From positions 144,646,001-144,710,000 of the forward strand of contig NC_082713.1 in assembly GCF_030144855.1 (NCBI RefSeq): a DNA stretch of 64,000 nucleotides, read 5' to 3'. The DNA comes from Hypanus sabinus. Its lineage: Eukaryota. The first letter of the stretch is position 1, and every line of letters starts with the position of its first letter. Below, in pieces: positions 50,155 to 63,629 of the stretch. The notes beneath the pieces were generated by a model, which saw only the letters and a list, made by a program, of their open reading frames with translations, was not told the DNA's origin and did no database searches. The translations under genes were made by a program, and so were the position numbers.

Positions 50155-52495
50155 TAAGATAAGACCATAACGTACAGGAGCAGAATTAGGCCATTTGACC
50201 CATTGAGTCTGTTCCACCATTTCATCATGGCTGACCCAATTCATATCCTTTCACACCCTGACAAATCAAAAATCTATCAACCTCTGCCTTAAATATACAT
50301 AAAGACTTGGCCTCCACAGCAGCCTGTAGCAAAGAATTCCACAGATTCACTACTCTCCGGTTAAAGAAATTCCTCCGCACCTCCATTCTAAAAGGATGCC
50401 CCTATATTCTGAGGCTGTGACCTCTGGTCTTAGACACTCCCACCAGAGTAAACATAGTCTCCACATCCACTCTATCAAGGCCTTTCACCATTTGATAGGT
50501 CTCAATGAGGTCACCCCTCATTCTTCTTGCGAATACAGGCCCAGAGCCATCAGTTCCTCTTTAAATGACAAGCCAGTCTATTCTGGAATTATTTTCATGA
50601 ACCTCCTTTAAACCCTCTCCAGTTTCAGTAAATCCTTTCTAAGATAAGTGGCCCACACCTGCTCACAATACTCCAAGTGAAGCCTCACCAGTGCTTTATA
50701 AAGTTTCAACATTACACCATTGCTTTTATATTTGCCTTCCTCACCGCAAACTCAACCTGAAAATGAACCTTTAGGGAATCCTGCACAAGTCCCTTTGTGC
50801 CTCTGCATTTTGTATTTTCTCTACATTTAGAAAATAGTCACCCTTTTCATTTCTTCTCCCAAAGTACATGACCATACACATCCCTATATTGTATTCCATC
50901 TACCCATTCTCCAAACTGTCCAAGTCCTTCTGTAGCTTCTCTACTTCCTCAAAACTACCAGTCCCTCCGCCTATCTTCATTTCATCTGAAAATTTTGCAA
51001 CAAAACCATCAATTTCATCATCCATATCACTGACATATAATGTAAAAAGAATCGGTCTCAATACAGACCCCTGTGGAACACCACTAGTCATCGGCAGCCA
51101 GTCAGAAAAGGCTCCCTTTATTCCCACACTTTGTCTCCTGCCAATAAGCCACTACTTTATCCATGCTAGAATCTTTTCTGTAATACCATGGGCTCGTAGC
51201 TTGCTAAGCAGCCTCATATGTGGCACCTCATCAAAGGCCTTCTGAAAATCCAAGTACCCAACATCAACCAGTTCTCCTTTGTCTATCCTGCTCATCATTT
51301 CTTCAAAGAATTCCAACAGATTTGTCAGGCAAGATTTTCTCTTGAGGAAATCATGCTGACTACAGCCTATTTTATAATGTGCCTCTAAGTTTCCAGAGAC
51401 TTCATCCTTAGTAATTAACTCCAACACTTCCAAACCACTGAGCTCAAACTAACTGGCCTATAGTTCTCTTTCCTCTGCCTTTCTCCCTCTTGAAGAGTGG
51501 AGTAATATTTGCAAATTTCCAGTCTTCCGAATCATTCCAGTATCTATTGATTCTTGAAAGATCTTTACTAATGCCGCCAATCTCTTCAGCTGCCCTCTTT
51601 CAGAATTCTAGTATACACACCATCTGGTCCAGGTGACTTATCTCCCTTCAGACCTTTCAGTTTCCCAAGAACCTTCCCTCTAGTTATGGTAACTTCACAT
51701 ACTTCATGCCCCCTGACACTTGGAACTTTCCCCACACTGCTAGTGTCTTCCACCATGAAGACTGATGCAAAATAGTTATTCAGGTCGTCCGCCATTTCAT
51801 TGTCCCTCATTACTACCTCTCCAGCATTGTTTCCAGTGGTCTGGTATCCACTCTCGCCTCTCGTTTACATTTTATGTATCTGAAGACACTTCTGGTATCT
51901 TTAATATTACTGGCTAGCTTACCTTCTTAATAACTTCCATCTTTACCTTCTTAATACCATTTTTAGTTGCTTTCTGTTGGTTTTTAAAAGCTTCCCAATC
52001 CTCTAACTTCCCACTAATTTTTGCTCCATTAAATACCCTCTCTTTGGTATTATGTTAGCCATGGTGGTGTCATCTTTCCTTTAGAATATTTTTTCCTCTT
52101 TAGGATGTATATAACCTGTGCCTTCCAGGTTGTTTCCAGAAATTCCAGCCATTGCTGCTCTGCTGCCTTCCCTGCCAGTGTTCTTTTCCAATCAATTCTG
52201 GCCAACCTAGCTGTCATGCCTCTGTAATTCCCTTTACTCCACCGTAACACTGATATATCTGAATTTTGCTTTTTCTTCTCAAAATTCAGAGTGAATTAAA
52301 TCATATTATGATCATTTGCCCCTTTTACCTTAAACTCTCTAATCCTGGTTCATCCCAATCCAGAATATCTGATCCTCTGCTGGGCTCCATGACGAGTTAC
52401 TCCAAAAAGCCACCTCATAGGCACTCTAGATACTCCCCCTCCTGTAATCCAGCACCAACCTGATTTTCCCTATCCACCTGCATAATGAAGTCCCC
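50155..52495 (-). mobile_element. 5'-truncated CR1-clade LINE in a PRDM4 intron
   Basis: RT/EN remnants KSPGPDG, KSCLTNLLEFFE, YLDFQKAFD, TSGVPQGSVL, KFSDEMKIGG, GDF; 3' tail taagataagaccataa...ggagcagaattaggcc on plus. Confidence 0.93.
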
Positions 52496-53177
52496 TTTTT
52501 GTGAGTTTTTCTGTAGAGTACTTAAAGATCAAATATATTGGAGAAAGTAATATCTCAATAAAACCCAGTAACTCATCTTGCTGGAGCCTTCAATGTTCTC
52601 ATGGGCCTGAAACAGGTCATACCTGCCAGAGCTATTACAATGAATAACTGTACAAGAATGTTCATGAGATACAGGAGTAGCTGGACTGCTTGTTCCAGAG
52701 CTCTTAGACGAGGAGTCAAAGGAAATAGTAATAAATAATTTCAACATTAACAGACAGGGTGGTGCTATTACAAAATCATATGAAATAACTAGTTAAGACC
52801 ATTTTGCAATTATCAAATTTGTTGCCATCTGCTAAAAGGGAAGAAACTTCAAAACAGAGCAACACAAAATGCATAGAAGGTAGCACAAGGAGATGGAGAG
52901 ATGGAGACATTTCTTAATGTTGAAACTATTTATTACTATTTCCTTTGACTCCTCGTCTAAGAGCTCTGGAACAAGCAGTCCAGCTACTCCTGTGTCTCAT
53001 GAACATTCTTGTACAGTTATTCATTGTAATAGCTCTGGCAGGTATGACCTGTTTCAGACCCATGAGAACATTGAAGGCTCCAGCAAGATGAGTTACTGGG
53101 TTTTATTGAGATATTACTTTCTCCAATATATTTGATTTTTAAGTACTCTACAGAAAACTTACAAAAGGGGGACTTCA
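52486..53177. repeat. Inverted duplication: ~265-bp arms (52486-52750 and 52914-53177), ~163-bp spacer
   Basis: Arms are near-identical reverse complements; the ORF track shows almost the same peptide on both strands (52529-52747 minus, 52893-53135 plus). Confidence 0.95.
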
Positions 53178-53548
53178 ACACAGCGAGAAACAGCACAATG
53201 AAATGAAAGGAATGTGAAAGTGGCAGCATGGAAAGGGGAAAGAGATGTGAAAGTAATTGTAAAAGTGAAATGAAAATGTGAAACACAACACTGAAATATG
53301 GATGGATAACAAAGCAGTTGTAAATATATATGAAGAGCACACACCAGTGATAAACAATAATATACGGAAGTGTGGCAGATGTTGAGAGTTAGCAGTGCAC
53401 CTGAAAGGACAGGGCTAACGGACAACAGGCATGGAGAACTGTATTGAGCATATCAGTCACTGGAACACAGTCTAACCTTGACAGCTTGTCAAAATGAGAA
53501 GTAATCTTAAGCTAAATGCTTCCCTTTTGCAGTTAGGTCTTCACTTAC

Positions 53549-53734
53549 CCGGTAAAATATGCCGGAAGTAGCTGTTCTCCAAGTGTGGATAAGGAGGTGG
53601 TGGTAAAGTATAATTCCGGTCTGGAATGCTGCACATTACTCCACGTTCTCCAATGCTCATCGGAAGCATTAACGACAAGGCGGATGGGAGAGTGCCCAAG
53701 GAAGGACTAAGGTTTGGTATTGCCACTGGCATTC
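53549..53734 (-). CDS. PRDM4: PRDM4 coding exon
   Basis: ttatag| acceptor, |gtaagt donor, 186 nt. Encodes [25 protein letters not shown]...[23 protein letters not shown]. Confidence 0.95.
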
Positions 53735-55363
53735 CTATAATTGAAAGACCAAGAAATTAATTAAAACAAGCAAATGTGATTTAAACACTTAATGTGGTGC
53801 GTAACATAACTAAATGTCACGCCTGAGCAAGAGTAAGCTAATTATAAATACAGGGCAGCATGCACTGCCTTCAAAGGACCTGATGCAGAGTTCTGATCAA
53901 AATCATCGACAATTCCTTTCCTACCACAAATGGCTATCACAATCTGTAATAATTTTTCTCTGACTGCTGTGATACCCCACAATAAAGGAGATGACATCAT
54001 GCCATTGATTCAAATGAGAATGGAACCCCAGAAATAGTTCCAAAGTACCGGGGGAAATCACTGAATCTTATAAAACGCATTTGGGATGTTCAGTTTCAAA
54101 TTAATGATCCAGATCATAATTCTGGAGGACATGATGACACTGAAATTATTCAGAAGCCATAGATCCTAGTTAGAATATATTCTCTTCACATATGCCTGAC
54201 CTAAGAAGCATCTAAGCAAGCAACTGAATCACCAAACATAACATGTGTAAATGAGACTGTAAGGTAGAACATGGTAGGCTGAAGTATCTGTTTCTGTGCT
54301 GTACAATTCTATGATTCAGTGATCTGCTAAGTAATTACAGCATTTTCTGTTCAGTTTCTAGATCCTTCCTTCTGTTTCCTTTAACATGGTTTAACTCTTA
54401 TATCTCAATCCACACCTATTGGTCACGGGGTTAAATGGGGAGCATTCAAAGCTTAAAAATTTGAGAGAACCTGAGACCTCCTTAAATCCCTTAACCTACA
54501 CTCAAGGACAGGTGAAATTCCTGTACCGAGTTAATAATCTTCAATCCAATCCAGTCTTGGGTAAGAGGCAAAGACGCTCTAGTGGGTGATTTGCTAATTC
54601 AGCTTTGACAGTGCTTGCGGTTCTCAGTTTCTCAATGCATTATGAAAACAGTGGCCTTGTCTTTGTTCTCTCAGCACCACCATGAAACTTACTTGGAACT
54701 GTTATGAATCATGACACAGGATTTTAACAACTGGATCAGAGACTTTTCATAAACCCGGTGATTATCAAATTTGTAATAGAGATACACATTCCAGAGTCTG
54801 ACTGTAAATGAATTGGTCAGCAGAGGGGCACTTTGTGTTTTAGTATCAAATTAAATAACTAAATGGATTAATGTAGTTCTTTTGGCTCTACTAGCTTCTC
54901 ATGTTCAAAGAGCCTGAGGATCAAATCTACACTGGACCTCTGGAATTTACACTGGACACTCAAATAAGGCCTGACACAAATTAAGGACAGATAATTGACT
55001 GCACAGTTGCAATTCTGCAAACTGGCTTAAGACTAGTTAATCATGTTGGCTCAAAAAGACATAAACTAAGTTAAGGAAATAGCATTACGATCCTACAATG
55101 ATGCAAACTACCCACAAAATCCCAATTCCAGAATTGAAATGGAAGGAAAGAGGCTGAGAGGAGCCAAACTTGTTTACTTAATGGCTTTAATTAGTAAGAT
55201 TATCATACAAAAAAAATAAGTGGCAATGCAAGGGAAGAAACGACGCCTGGTATTCATTAGTTCACTGAACATCACGGGGGACAGACTGACTGCTGTCCAA
55301 CAGATGGGAGAAAATATTTGCCATTACTCTGAATTATCCCAAGTTTAGACCAGCATTTCTTAC

Positions 55364-55493
55364 CTGGAGTTGGGAGAGAGTTGTGAGTGGGTGAACTCAT
55401 GCCCAGGTGACTTGTGGTTACGGGCAAGTTGCTGCTAACAGAAGAAGCACTCAGTTGATCCATGCCCACAGGACTCAGGTTGATGTCATTCAT
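55364..55493 (-). CDS. PRDM4: PRDM4 first recognisable coding exon (ATG at 55493-55491; exon starts 55494)
   Basis: tttcag|cATG; [43 protein letters not shown]; |gtaaga donor. Recalled human sequence MNEMNLSPVGMEQL. Confidence 0.92.
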
Positions 55494-56110
55494 GCTGAAA
55501 AATTCAGAATGAACATGTGACTGGTGACCACAGTCTAAAATGAACCACATTCCTTCTCTGACACTTCCTCTCCATCAAATTACCCAGGAAGCAGTACTTA
55601 GATACACCTGATGAAGAAAACAAGGCACTTACAGTATCTTTTCCTACTAACTTGGTCCCAACTTCTCCATTCAGCCATAAAGAAGGCAAGACAGCAGCTA
55701 TATTTCATTAGGAGTTTGAAGAGATTTAGTATGTCACCAAAACCACTCGCAAATTTCCAGATGTACTGTGGAGAGTATAATAATTGACAGCATGGGGGGG
55801 GGACAGGGAGTGCAGGGGATGGAAGTAAGCTGCAGAGCTGTAAAATTAGCCAGCTCCATCATGGGTACTAGCCTTCAAGCTTCAAGGAGTGGTGCCTCAG
55901 AAAGGCAGCGTCCATCATTAAGGATCCCCACCACCCAGCTCGTGCCCTCTTCTCATTGTTATAATCAGGAAGGAGGTATAGAAGCCTGATGGCACACACT
56001 CAGCGATAAGGAACAGCTTTTTCCTTTTTGCAGTTCAATTTCTAAATGGACATTGAACCCATGAACATTACCTCATTTTTTTTCTATTTTTGCATTTCTT
56101 ATTTAGCTTT

Positions 56111-56172
56111 TATATATATATATACACACACACACACACATACACACACACACACTTACATATACACACACA
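56111..56172. repeat. (TA)n/(CA)n microsatellite
   Basis: tatatatata...cacacacaca run. Confidence 0.9.
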
Positions 56173-57069
56173 ATTGCTGTAATTCAATTTTTTTTCTGTA
56201 TTTACCATGTCTAGTATTGCTGCCACAAAGTTATCAAATTTCACGACATATGCTGGTGATATTGAATTGGATTTTGATTCTGATTCTTCTAAGTAAATTA
56301 GATTAACCTACATTTGTAACGAGATGTTTTGCCAACTATAATTTTTGCACAACAACTGCATCCACATCATAGATCAGGATGAAACCAGTTTTCTACTTCT
56401 ACAGTGTATTTCTGCATCCATTTGCTGAGTATTAAATTCCAGAAAATGCATCCTCTTTTTGAATTGTATTGATTCTAATTCAGTGCTTTTAATACTCCTT
56501 TGTCCAAAAACAGGGTCAAATGAGCTAAATGCACAAAAATTGTTCCATGTCCATTTCCCATAGCTTTAAATAATATCCCTTTCAACCCCTGTGATTTAGC
56601 TTTGTGATTTAGCATATTCACTCAATGAATTATCAATAAAAATATCAAATAGAAAATTCAGCAGAGTACACACTTTGAGAAGGTAAAAAATAAGTTTTCT
56701 CTGATGCCAAAATAAAAACAGGGATATACCTGAATAAATCTTTCTTACTCTGTCCCAAAAGGTTTTCACAGTTGAATCATCCATCTGTTCCCAATGCAGA
56801 AAGCAGAAAAATATCAGCTATTATAACAAATAAGCAGAAATCATAGTTATAACTGTGTGGATATCAATGCGCATAACCCAGTCCAGTGCAATGCAAATAC
56901 ATCCCCTCTATTTCTGCCCACACTATCCCCACATAATCACACCCATGGCAAATACAAGTCAAACACAGATCCAACAAGGGTACTCTTCTGCAAAATGTAG
57001 CAATGCACTTTACAAAGCAGTTTTAAGCAAAAATTGATTGTGAATATGACTAGGACAGATAACCATATA

Positions 57070-58628
57070 AAGTGCCTATAGAAAGTATTCAACCTCCCTC
57101 CCCCCAGAAGTTTTCATGTTTTACAACATTGAATCACAGTGGATTTGACTTTTTTGACACTGATCAACAGAAAAAGATTCTTTCGTGTCAAAATGAAAAC
57201 AGAACTCTACAAAGTGATCAAGTTAGTTAGTACAAAGTTAATATAAAACACAAAATAATTGATTGCATAAGTACTCAACCTTTAATATGACACACCAAAT
57301 CATCACTAGTGCAGCCAATTAGTTTTAGAACCCAGCTAATTAGTTAAACAAAGATACGTTTTCAGAGACCAGTGTGCAGTCAAGGTGTTTCAATTGATTG
57401 CAGTAAAAATACACCTGTATCTGGAAGGTCCAATTGCTGGTGAGTCAGTATCCTAGCAAAAACTATACCATGAAGACAAGAGAACACTCCAAGTAACTCT
57501 GTAAAAAGATCATTGAAAAGCACAAGTCAAGAGATGGATACAGGAACATTTCCAGGTAACTTAAATGGAGTACATTTAAGTCAATCACCAATAAATGGAA
57601 AGAATATGCTACAGCTATAAATCTGCCTAGAGCAGGCCATCCTCAAAAACAGTGACTGAGCAAGAAGGGGACCAGTGAGGGAGGCCACCAAGAGACCTAT
57701 GACAACTAGGGAGGAGTTACAAGCTTTAGTGGCTGAGATGGGAGAGACTGCGCATACAACAACAGTTGTCTGGGTGCTTCACCAGTCACAGCTTTATGGG
57801 AGAGTGGCAAAGAGAAAGCCACTGTTGAAAAAAATCTCACATGAAATCTTGGTCAGAGTTTGCCAGAAGGCATGTGGAAGACTCTGAAGTCAGCTGGAAG
57901 AATGTTCTCAGGTCTGATAAAACCAAACTTGAGCATTTTGGCCATCAGACTAAACACCATGTTTGGCATAAGCCAAACACTGCACATCATCAAAAACACA
58001 CGATCCCTTCTGTGAAGTATGGTGATGGCTGCATCATGCTGGGAAGTTTCCCTGGAAGGCATGTGAAGATAGAGGGTGAAATGAATGCAGCAAAATACAA
58101 GGAAATTCTGATGCAGACTGTAAGACAACTGCAACTTGGATATTTGTTTCCCAGCAAGATAATGACCTCAAGCATAAAGCCAAAGCTACATAGCAATGTC
58201 TTAAAAACAACAAAATTAATGTTCTGGAGTGGCCAAGTCAAGAGTCCAGACCTCAATCCAATTGAGAATTTGTGGCTGGAATTGAAAAGGGCTGTTCACT
58301 CACAATCCTCATGCAACCTGACAGAGCTTGAGCAGTTTCATAAAGAAGGGGGGGGGGGGGGGAAATTGCAGTGTCCAGATGTGCAAAGCTTACTGCTGAT
58401 GGTGCATCTACTATACAGTGACTTATGCAATCAATCATTTTGTGGTTATATATTTGTAATTAATTTAGATCACTTTGTAGAGACCTGTGTTCACTTTGAC
58501 ACAAAGTCTTTTTCTGTCGATCAGTGTCAAAAAAAGCCAAATTAAATCCACTGTGAATCAATGTTGTAAAACAACAAAACATGAAAACTTTCAATGGGGG
58601 GGGGGGTGAATACTTTGTAAAGGCACTC
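57070..58628 (+). mobile_element. Degenerate Tc1/mariner transposon in the PRDM4 5' intron
   Basis: TA flanks; TIRs agtgcctatagaaagtattca / tgaatactttgtaaaggcact; broken transposase (WKNVLRSDKTKLEHFG, SPDLNPIENLW). Confidence 0.88.
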
Positions 58629-61199
58629 TACTTGGTCAAAGAGCTATATTTTAAGAAGTGAGAGGAAAAGAGAAGAGAGGTGTAAAAGGAAATACTAGAC
58701 TTTATTGCTTTGCCAGATGAAGGCAAAACCACTGACCAAGGAGTGATTAAATTCAATGGAGATCAAGAGGTGAAAATGCAGGTATCTAAAATCTGAAGCT
58801 TACAAAGCTAGGGAAGGCTTGAAAACACGGATGAGAATTTTAAAATGAAGATTGCAATGTGGATCAGTGATCACTAGAGATAGTGGGTGAAAGGGCCTTA
58901 TTATGGGTTGAAATATGGGTGGCTAAGCTTTAGTTAATCTCAAGTGCATGGAGGGTAGAATGAAGGAGGCTGCTCAGAAGTGCACAGCAATAGTCATGTC
59001 TGGCAAGGGCATGGATGGAGATTTCAAAATCAGCTGAAATGAGATGAGTCACATAATGTCACACAAGTGTAAGTAGTCAGTCTTCACTGATGCAATAGAT
59101 TAAATTCACATCTAAGTTAAACTTGGAAAATAGTCAGATGCTGTTCATTACAATTACCAGTCCGTAAGAACAGAGCTCGTGACAGGGATGAAACGCAATG
59201 GCTCCATTCTTCCCAATTCTTAGAGAAAATGCTCTTCCACTACTAGATGTCAGATAAGCAGCATGACAATTTAGAGACTGTGGTGGGGTCATGAGAGGTG
59301 ACAACAAGGTATAGAGCAGGGTGCTGTCAGCACACATATGGGAACCTGGGTTTTTGAATGATTTTGACACATAGGAGAGCTAAGAATGAGTCCTTGGATA
59401 ACAGCAGAGATAACAGTGCATGAAGACTGCCTTCTGCACTGAAGAGAACAGGAATACAGCATTTACCTCTGGCCAGTAACAACATTCAAGAGTTAATAAC
59501 TGATCTGTGACCTAACACCAGATACTTCCATTTCTTTAAATGATTGTTTTGTCTATAATATTTCACTCATATGTATAAAATTAACAGATGATCAAGTAGA
59601 AGATAGCTCATTTTCAGAAGATGTTTCTGAATTCTCATCACAAATGGAGTGCAGAAATCTTTTCCAACTTCACTCTTGAAGGCTTACAGTATCACTTTAT
59701 TCCTTAGCCCTAGACTTTCCCACCTGATCTTGGCAGGAGAGAGAAGAATGGGACTTGGTGGATCCAGTACCAACTAGATGTACCCATTCCAAAGCTTGCA
59801 AAAATTTAGCCTGTTGAAGCTCAGCAAGTATACAAATAATATTATACAAAATAACCACTACTTAGCACATACTGAGCAGATTAAACCAAGAAATTCATTC
59901 AGTCTGGCAATCCACATTATATTAGGGCTATATTGTGGCTTTTCAGACTGCAGATCACAGCAATCAACAAATGTATACCCGCACAAAAAAAATCAAACTC
60001 AGCCAATGATAATCTTACTAAAAGAGGTTCAGAAGGTGCTCAGTCCATTCAGACTCTGCAGAGATGGCACAGAACATACACAGAGCAAACACGGTTTGAG
60101 TTTGGTGGCCACATATGTACATCGTAGAAAGTCAGTATAGTCACAAGCTCGTGGAGAATCAGTGCCAACACGAACAGAGCCTGTTCAAGATCTGAACCGT
60201 CCATGCAGGTTCATTGTCGTTGAGGTCCATTTGGGTACAATCCATGCAGTGTTGGTGTAGGCTCCAGTCAGTACAGATTCAGTGTTCCTATTGTTTATGC
60301 AGAGTTTGAATACAGCCTATGTTTAGCTGGTGTGGACACAGGCCATGCAGTTTTGGCATAGATACAGTATGAGCTGAGTTCATGCCAAGTCAATATTCAC
60401 AAAGTCCATATAGTCACAATGTACTGAGTCAATGCAGACAGTGTAAAAATAGTCCACGCAGAGGCATTACAGGTATAGCCATAGAATCAGTTTATAATAC
60501 GCTCAGAGCCAGTGTAGAGACACTGTAGAGTCGGTATAAGCTGTATAGCATCAGTGTGGACATCATTTATACAAATTTGATGAAAACACATCTGATGCTA
60601 TCAGTAGTTACAATTGGTGCCGTATTTGTGAACTGTCCATACGGAATTATGCAGATACAGCCAGTGCAGAGTTGTTGTAGTCCATACCGAATCACTGTGA
60701 AGAGCATCAAAGGTCAGTAGACATTGGCCGAGCAGTTTGTGTAGAAACAGCCCCTACAGACAGTACCACACGGCTCACACAGATTGTGCAAGTACAGCCC
60801 GTGCGGACTTGATGTAAATAAAGTTCGCGGAGAGAACGTAGGCCTAGGCTATACAGTTGATAGAAATACATCCCTCGCAGAGTCAACCGAACTACCACAG
60901 ACTATGCTGTTAGAGTTGGCACAAGCTGCGCAGGGTCGGAAGAAACATAGTCCTTGCAGAGCTGTAAATAAAGTGAAAGCACAGCCCTTCCTGACTCGTG
61001 CACATAAAGGCCTTGCAAAGAGTTCGTGCAAAGTCAACGTGGACACAACTTGCAGTCAGTGTAAACTTGGCCTTGCAGAGTGAGTTGCTGCAGCATCGAT
61101 CGTGCAGCGTATCAGTGCAACACAGCCCATGCTAGGAGTCGATGTCAACATAGGCCTGAAAGAGTTGCTGCAGGCACAGCCAGTGCAGAATCGGTGCAT

Positions 61200-61680
61200 T
61201 TGCGCTGCCGTAAGAGACACCCGCGCTCTAGCAGCCCGTGAGTGTGGAGCCGTTGCTCGGGACTGGTGTGGTGCCGAGTTTGTGGTCAGTGTACGCGGTG
61301 CCGTGAATCCCAGTCCCCGGCCTGTTACACTGCAACATCTGAGGGGGAATGCCGTGGGAGCGGCCGGTTGCAACGGGGTAGGGTGGCGGGCGGGCGGGTC
61401 GGCGGTGCCGCTCGGGCCGCGCGGCCGGCCTCCGAGTGCCGCTCGCGCTCCGCCGCTCGCCGCCCTTTGTTGTTCCCAGCGAACGTTTGTCACTGACCTG
61501 TCAGCGCGCGCGGCTCGTGTCCACCGCCGGCCAACGGCGCCCGGCTGCGCATGCGCCATTACCGCCAGCAACCGGCGCCCCCCACTGCTCCCTTCTGGCC
61601 ACGGCAGAGGCTGCGGTCCTTTCACGGTGGAGGGACTGGGGCAACGCCCGTGAGATACCCTACCCCACGGCTGGAGACAG
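61200..61680 (-). promoter_or_regulatory. PRDM4: CpG island: PRDM4 promoter and probable non-coding exon 1 (donor cag|gtcagt at 61498/61497)
   Basis: Strong CpG/GC enrichment; NRF1-type palindrome TGCGCATGCGC at 61546-56; GC boxes near 61385-61397. Confidence 0.7.
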
Positions 61681-62383
61681 TGAAAGGAAGGGAAACGTAT
61701 TACTGCACAGTAAGCTGCAATAAAAAGAAGAGGTTGTTGAATTGTTAGAATTGCCCGAAACCATATAAACACTCAGCAAGTCAGGCAGCATCTGCAGAAA
61801 GAGAAGAACGGAGTCTCGGGTAGCTGTCCTCTTTTTTGGTTCTGATTGGTTTGATTTCTCTTATCACAGTTGCTGTCTAACTTGCTGACTAATTGCAGCA
61901 TTCCCTGTTTTTTATTTCACACTTTTAACATCTGAGGCTTTTTTTTTTGCTTTTTATTGGAGAGCTTGTTTTATTCACATCCCAGATACTTGCAAAGTGC
62001 CCTGCTTTGAAGTAGCTTTGGATTGTGGTCAGGCAAGGGCATCAGACAAGTCATTTTCTACCACAGTAGGATTCTATCAATAGTACCACGCCTGACTTAG
62101 AATCAAAATCAGGCTTTTATTGCTGAAATTTGTTGTTAAGTGGCAGCAGTACTGTGCAAGATAGTACAAATAGAGTTTGGAGTTCAATTCCGGCATCCTC
62201 TGTAAGCAAGTGTGTACGTTGTTTCCAAGTGCGTGTGGGTTTCCTCCCACAGTCCAAAGACATACCAGCTAGTGGGTTAATTGGTCATTGTAAATTGTCC
62301 CCTGATTAGGCTAGGGTTAAATCAATGGGTTGTTGGGTAGCATGACTCATTGAGCTGGAAGAGCCTATTCTGCACTGTATTTC

Positions 62384-62408
62384 TAAATAAATAAATAAAT
62401 AAATAAAT
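62384..62408. repeat. (TAAA)n tail of a SINE
   Basis: aaataaataaataaataaataaata. Confidence 0.85.
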
Positions 62409-63629
62409 AGACCAAACATCAGAATGGGTAAGAAATATGATCCAAATAACTTTGGCCGTGAAATAATTGTTGGTGCCAGACAGGGTGGTTTGAGTATCTC
62501 AGAAACTACTGATTTGGGATATTCACACACAACAGTATCTAGAGTTTACAAAGACTGGTGCAAAAAACAACAAAAAAGCCCAGTCAGTGGCTGTTTTGTG
62601 GGTGAAAACACCTTGTTAATGAGAGAGGTCAAAGGAGAATGGCCAGACTGGTTCAAAGTAAATTTATTATCAAAACACATAATGTATATGTCATCATATA
62701 CAATCTGAGATTTACTTTCTTGTGGGCATTCACAGTAAATACAAAGAAACACATTAGATTCAATGAAAGATTTCACATAACAAGATGGACCACCAATGTG
62801 CAAAGACAGGAAACTGTACAAATACAAAAAGAAAATAATAATAATCAAAGACTATTTAATCAAGCAACATATTTACAATATTAATGAAATATTATAGACA
62901 TAACACCTAACCTAAGTTCTTCCACCATTTATTGTTACTTTGGATTTCCAGCATCCGTATTCTTTTGCCTTTGTAAACAGATAAAACATTTTCACTTTTT
63001 CTTGTGTAGCTTCCTATGTTTGGTGTTATCAGCAATCCATTTCTATATACTTATTTTTCTGCACCGTGGTTTCAGCAGTATGGTTCCAGGCTCCTGGACA
63101 ACGTATCTTGAGGCAAATTGGAAACCAGTCAAGATGCTTTTGGTTGAGGGTGATGGGGAGATGGGATGTTTGGAAGCTTTATCTCAATAAAGCAACAAAT
63201 ATCGAGAAAATGAGATGAAGAGTCACTGAGAGTGAGTCCATAGGTTGTGGGAACAGTTCAGTGTTAGGGTGAATGAAATTATCGATTCTAGTTCAAGAGT
63301 CTTATGGATGAGGGGCAATAGCTGTTCCTGAACTTGATGGTGCAGGTCCTGAGGCACCTGTAACTTTTTGATGGCAGCAGTGAGAGGAGAGCATGGCCTG
63401 AATGGTGGGGGCCCTTCATAATGGATGCTGCTTCCCTGTGATGGTGCACTGTGTAGATGTGCTCAATGGTGGGAAGGGCTAACACAAAGGTAACAGTAAA
63501 TCAAATAACTACACGTTACAAGTGGTGTGCACAAGAACATCTCTGAACGCACAACATATTGAACCTTGAAGTGGATGGGCTGCAGCAAGAGAGGACCACA
63601 CTTGGGCTTTCTCCTGTAGCCACTGAGCA

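Noticed and set aside
52529-53135. Two nearly identical 72-80 aa ORFs on opposite strands
   Set aside because: By-product of the inverted duplication; no splice or domain evidence.
54814-54832. CTCF-like motif tggtcagcagaggggcac
   Set aside because: Two departures from the core consensus; a single motif is not evidence.
59467-59511. Candidate 45-nt PRDM4 5' UTR exon
   Set aside because: AG/GT are present, but it does not encode a human-like MHHR start in frame and cannot be confirmed without transcripts.
61056-61772. Long ORFs (238 aa minus, 183 aa plus) over the PRDM4 promoter
   Set aside because: Stop-poor GC-rich CpG island giving Ala/Arg/Pro/Gly-rich text on both strands with no domain.
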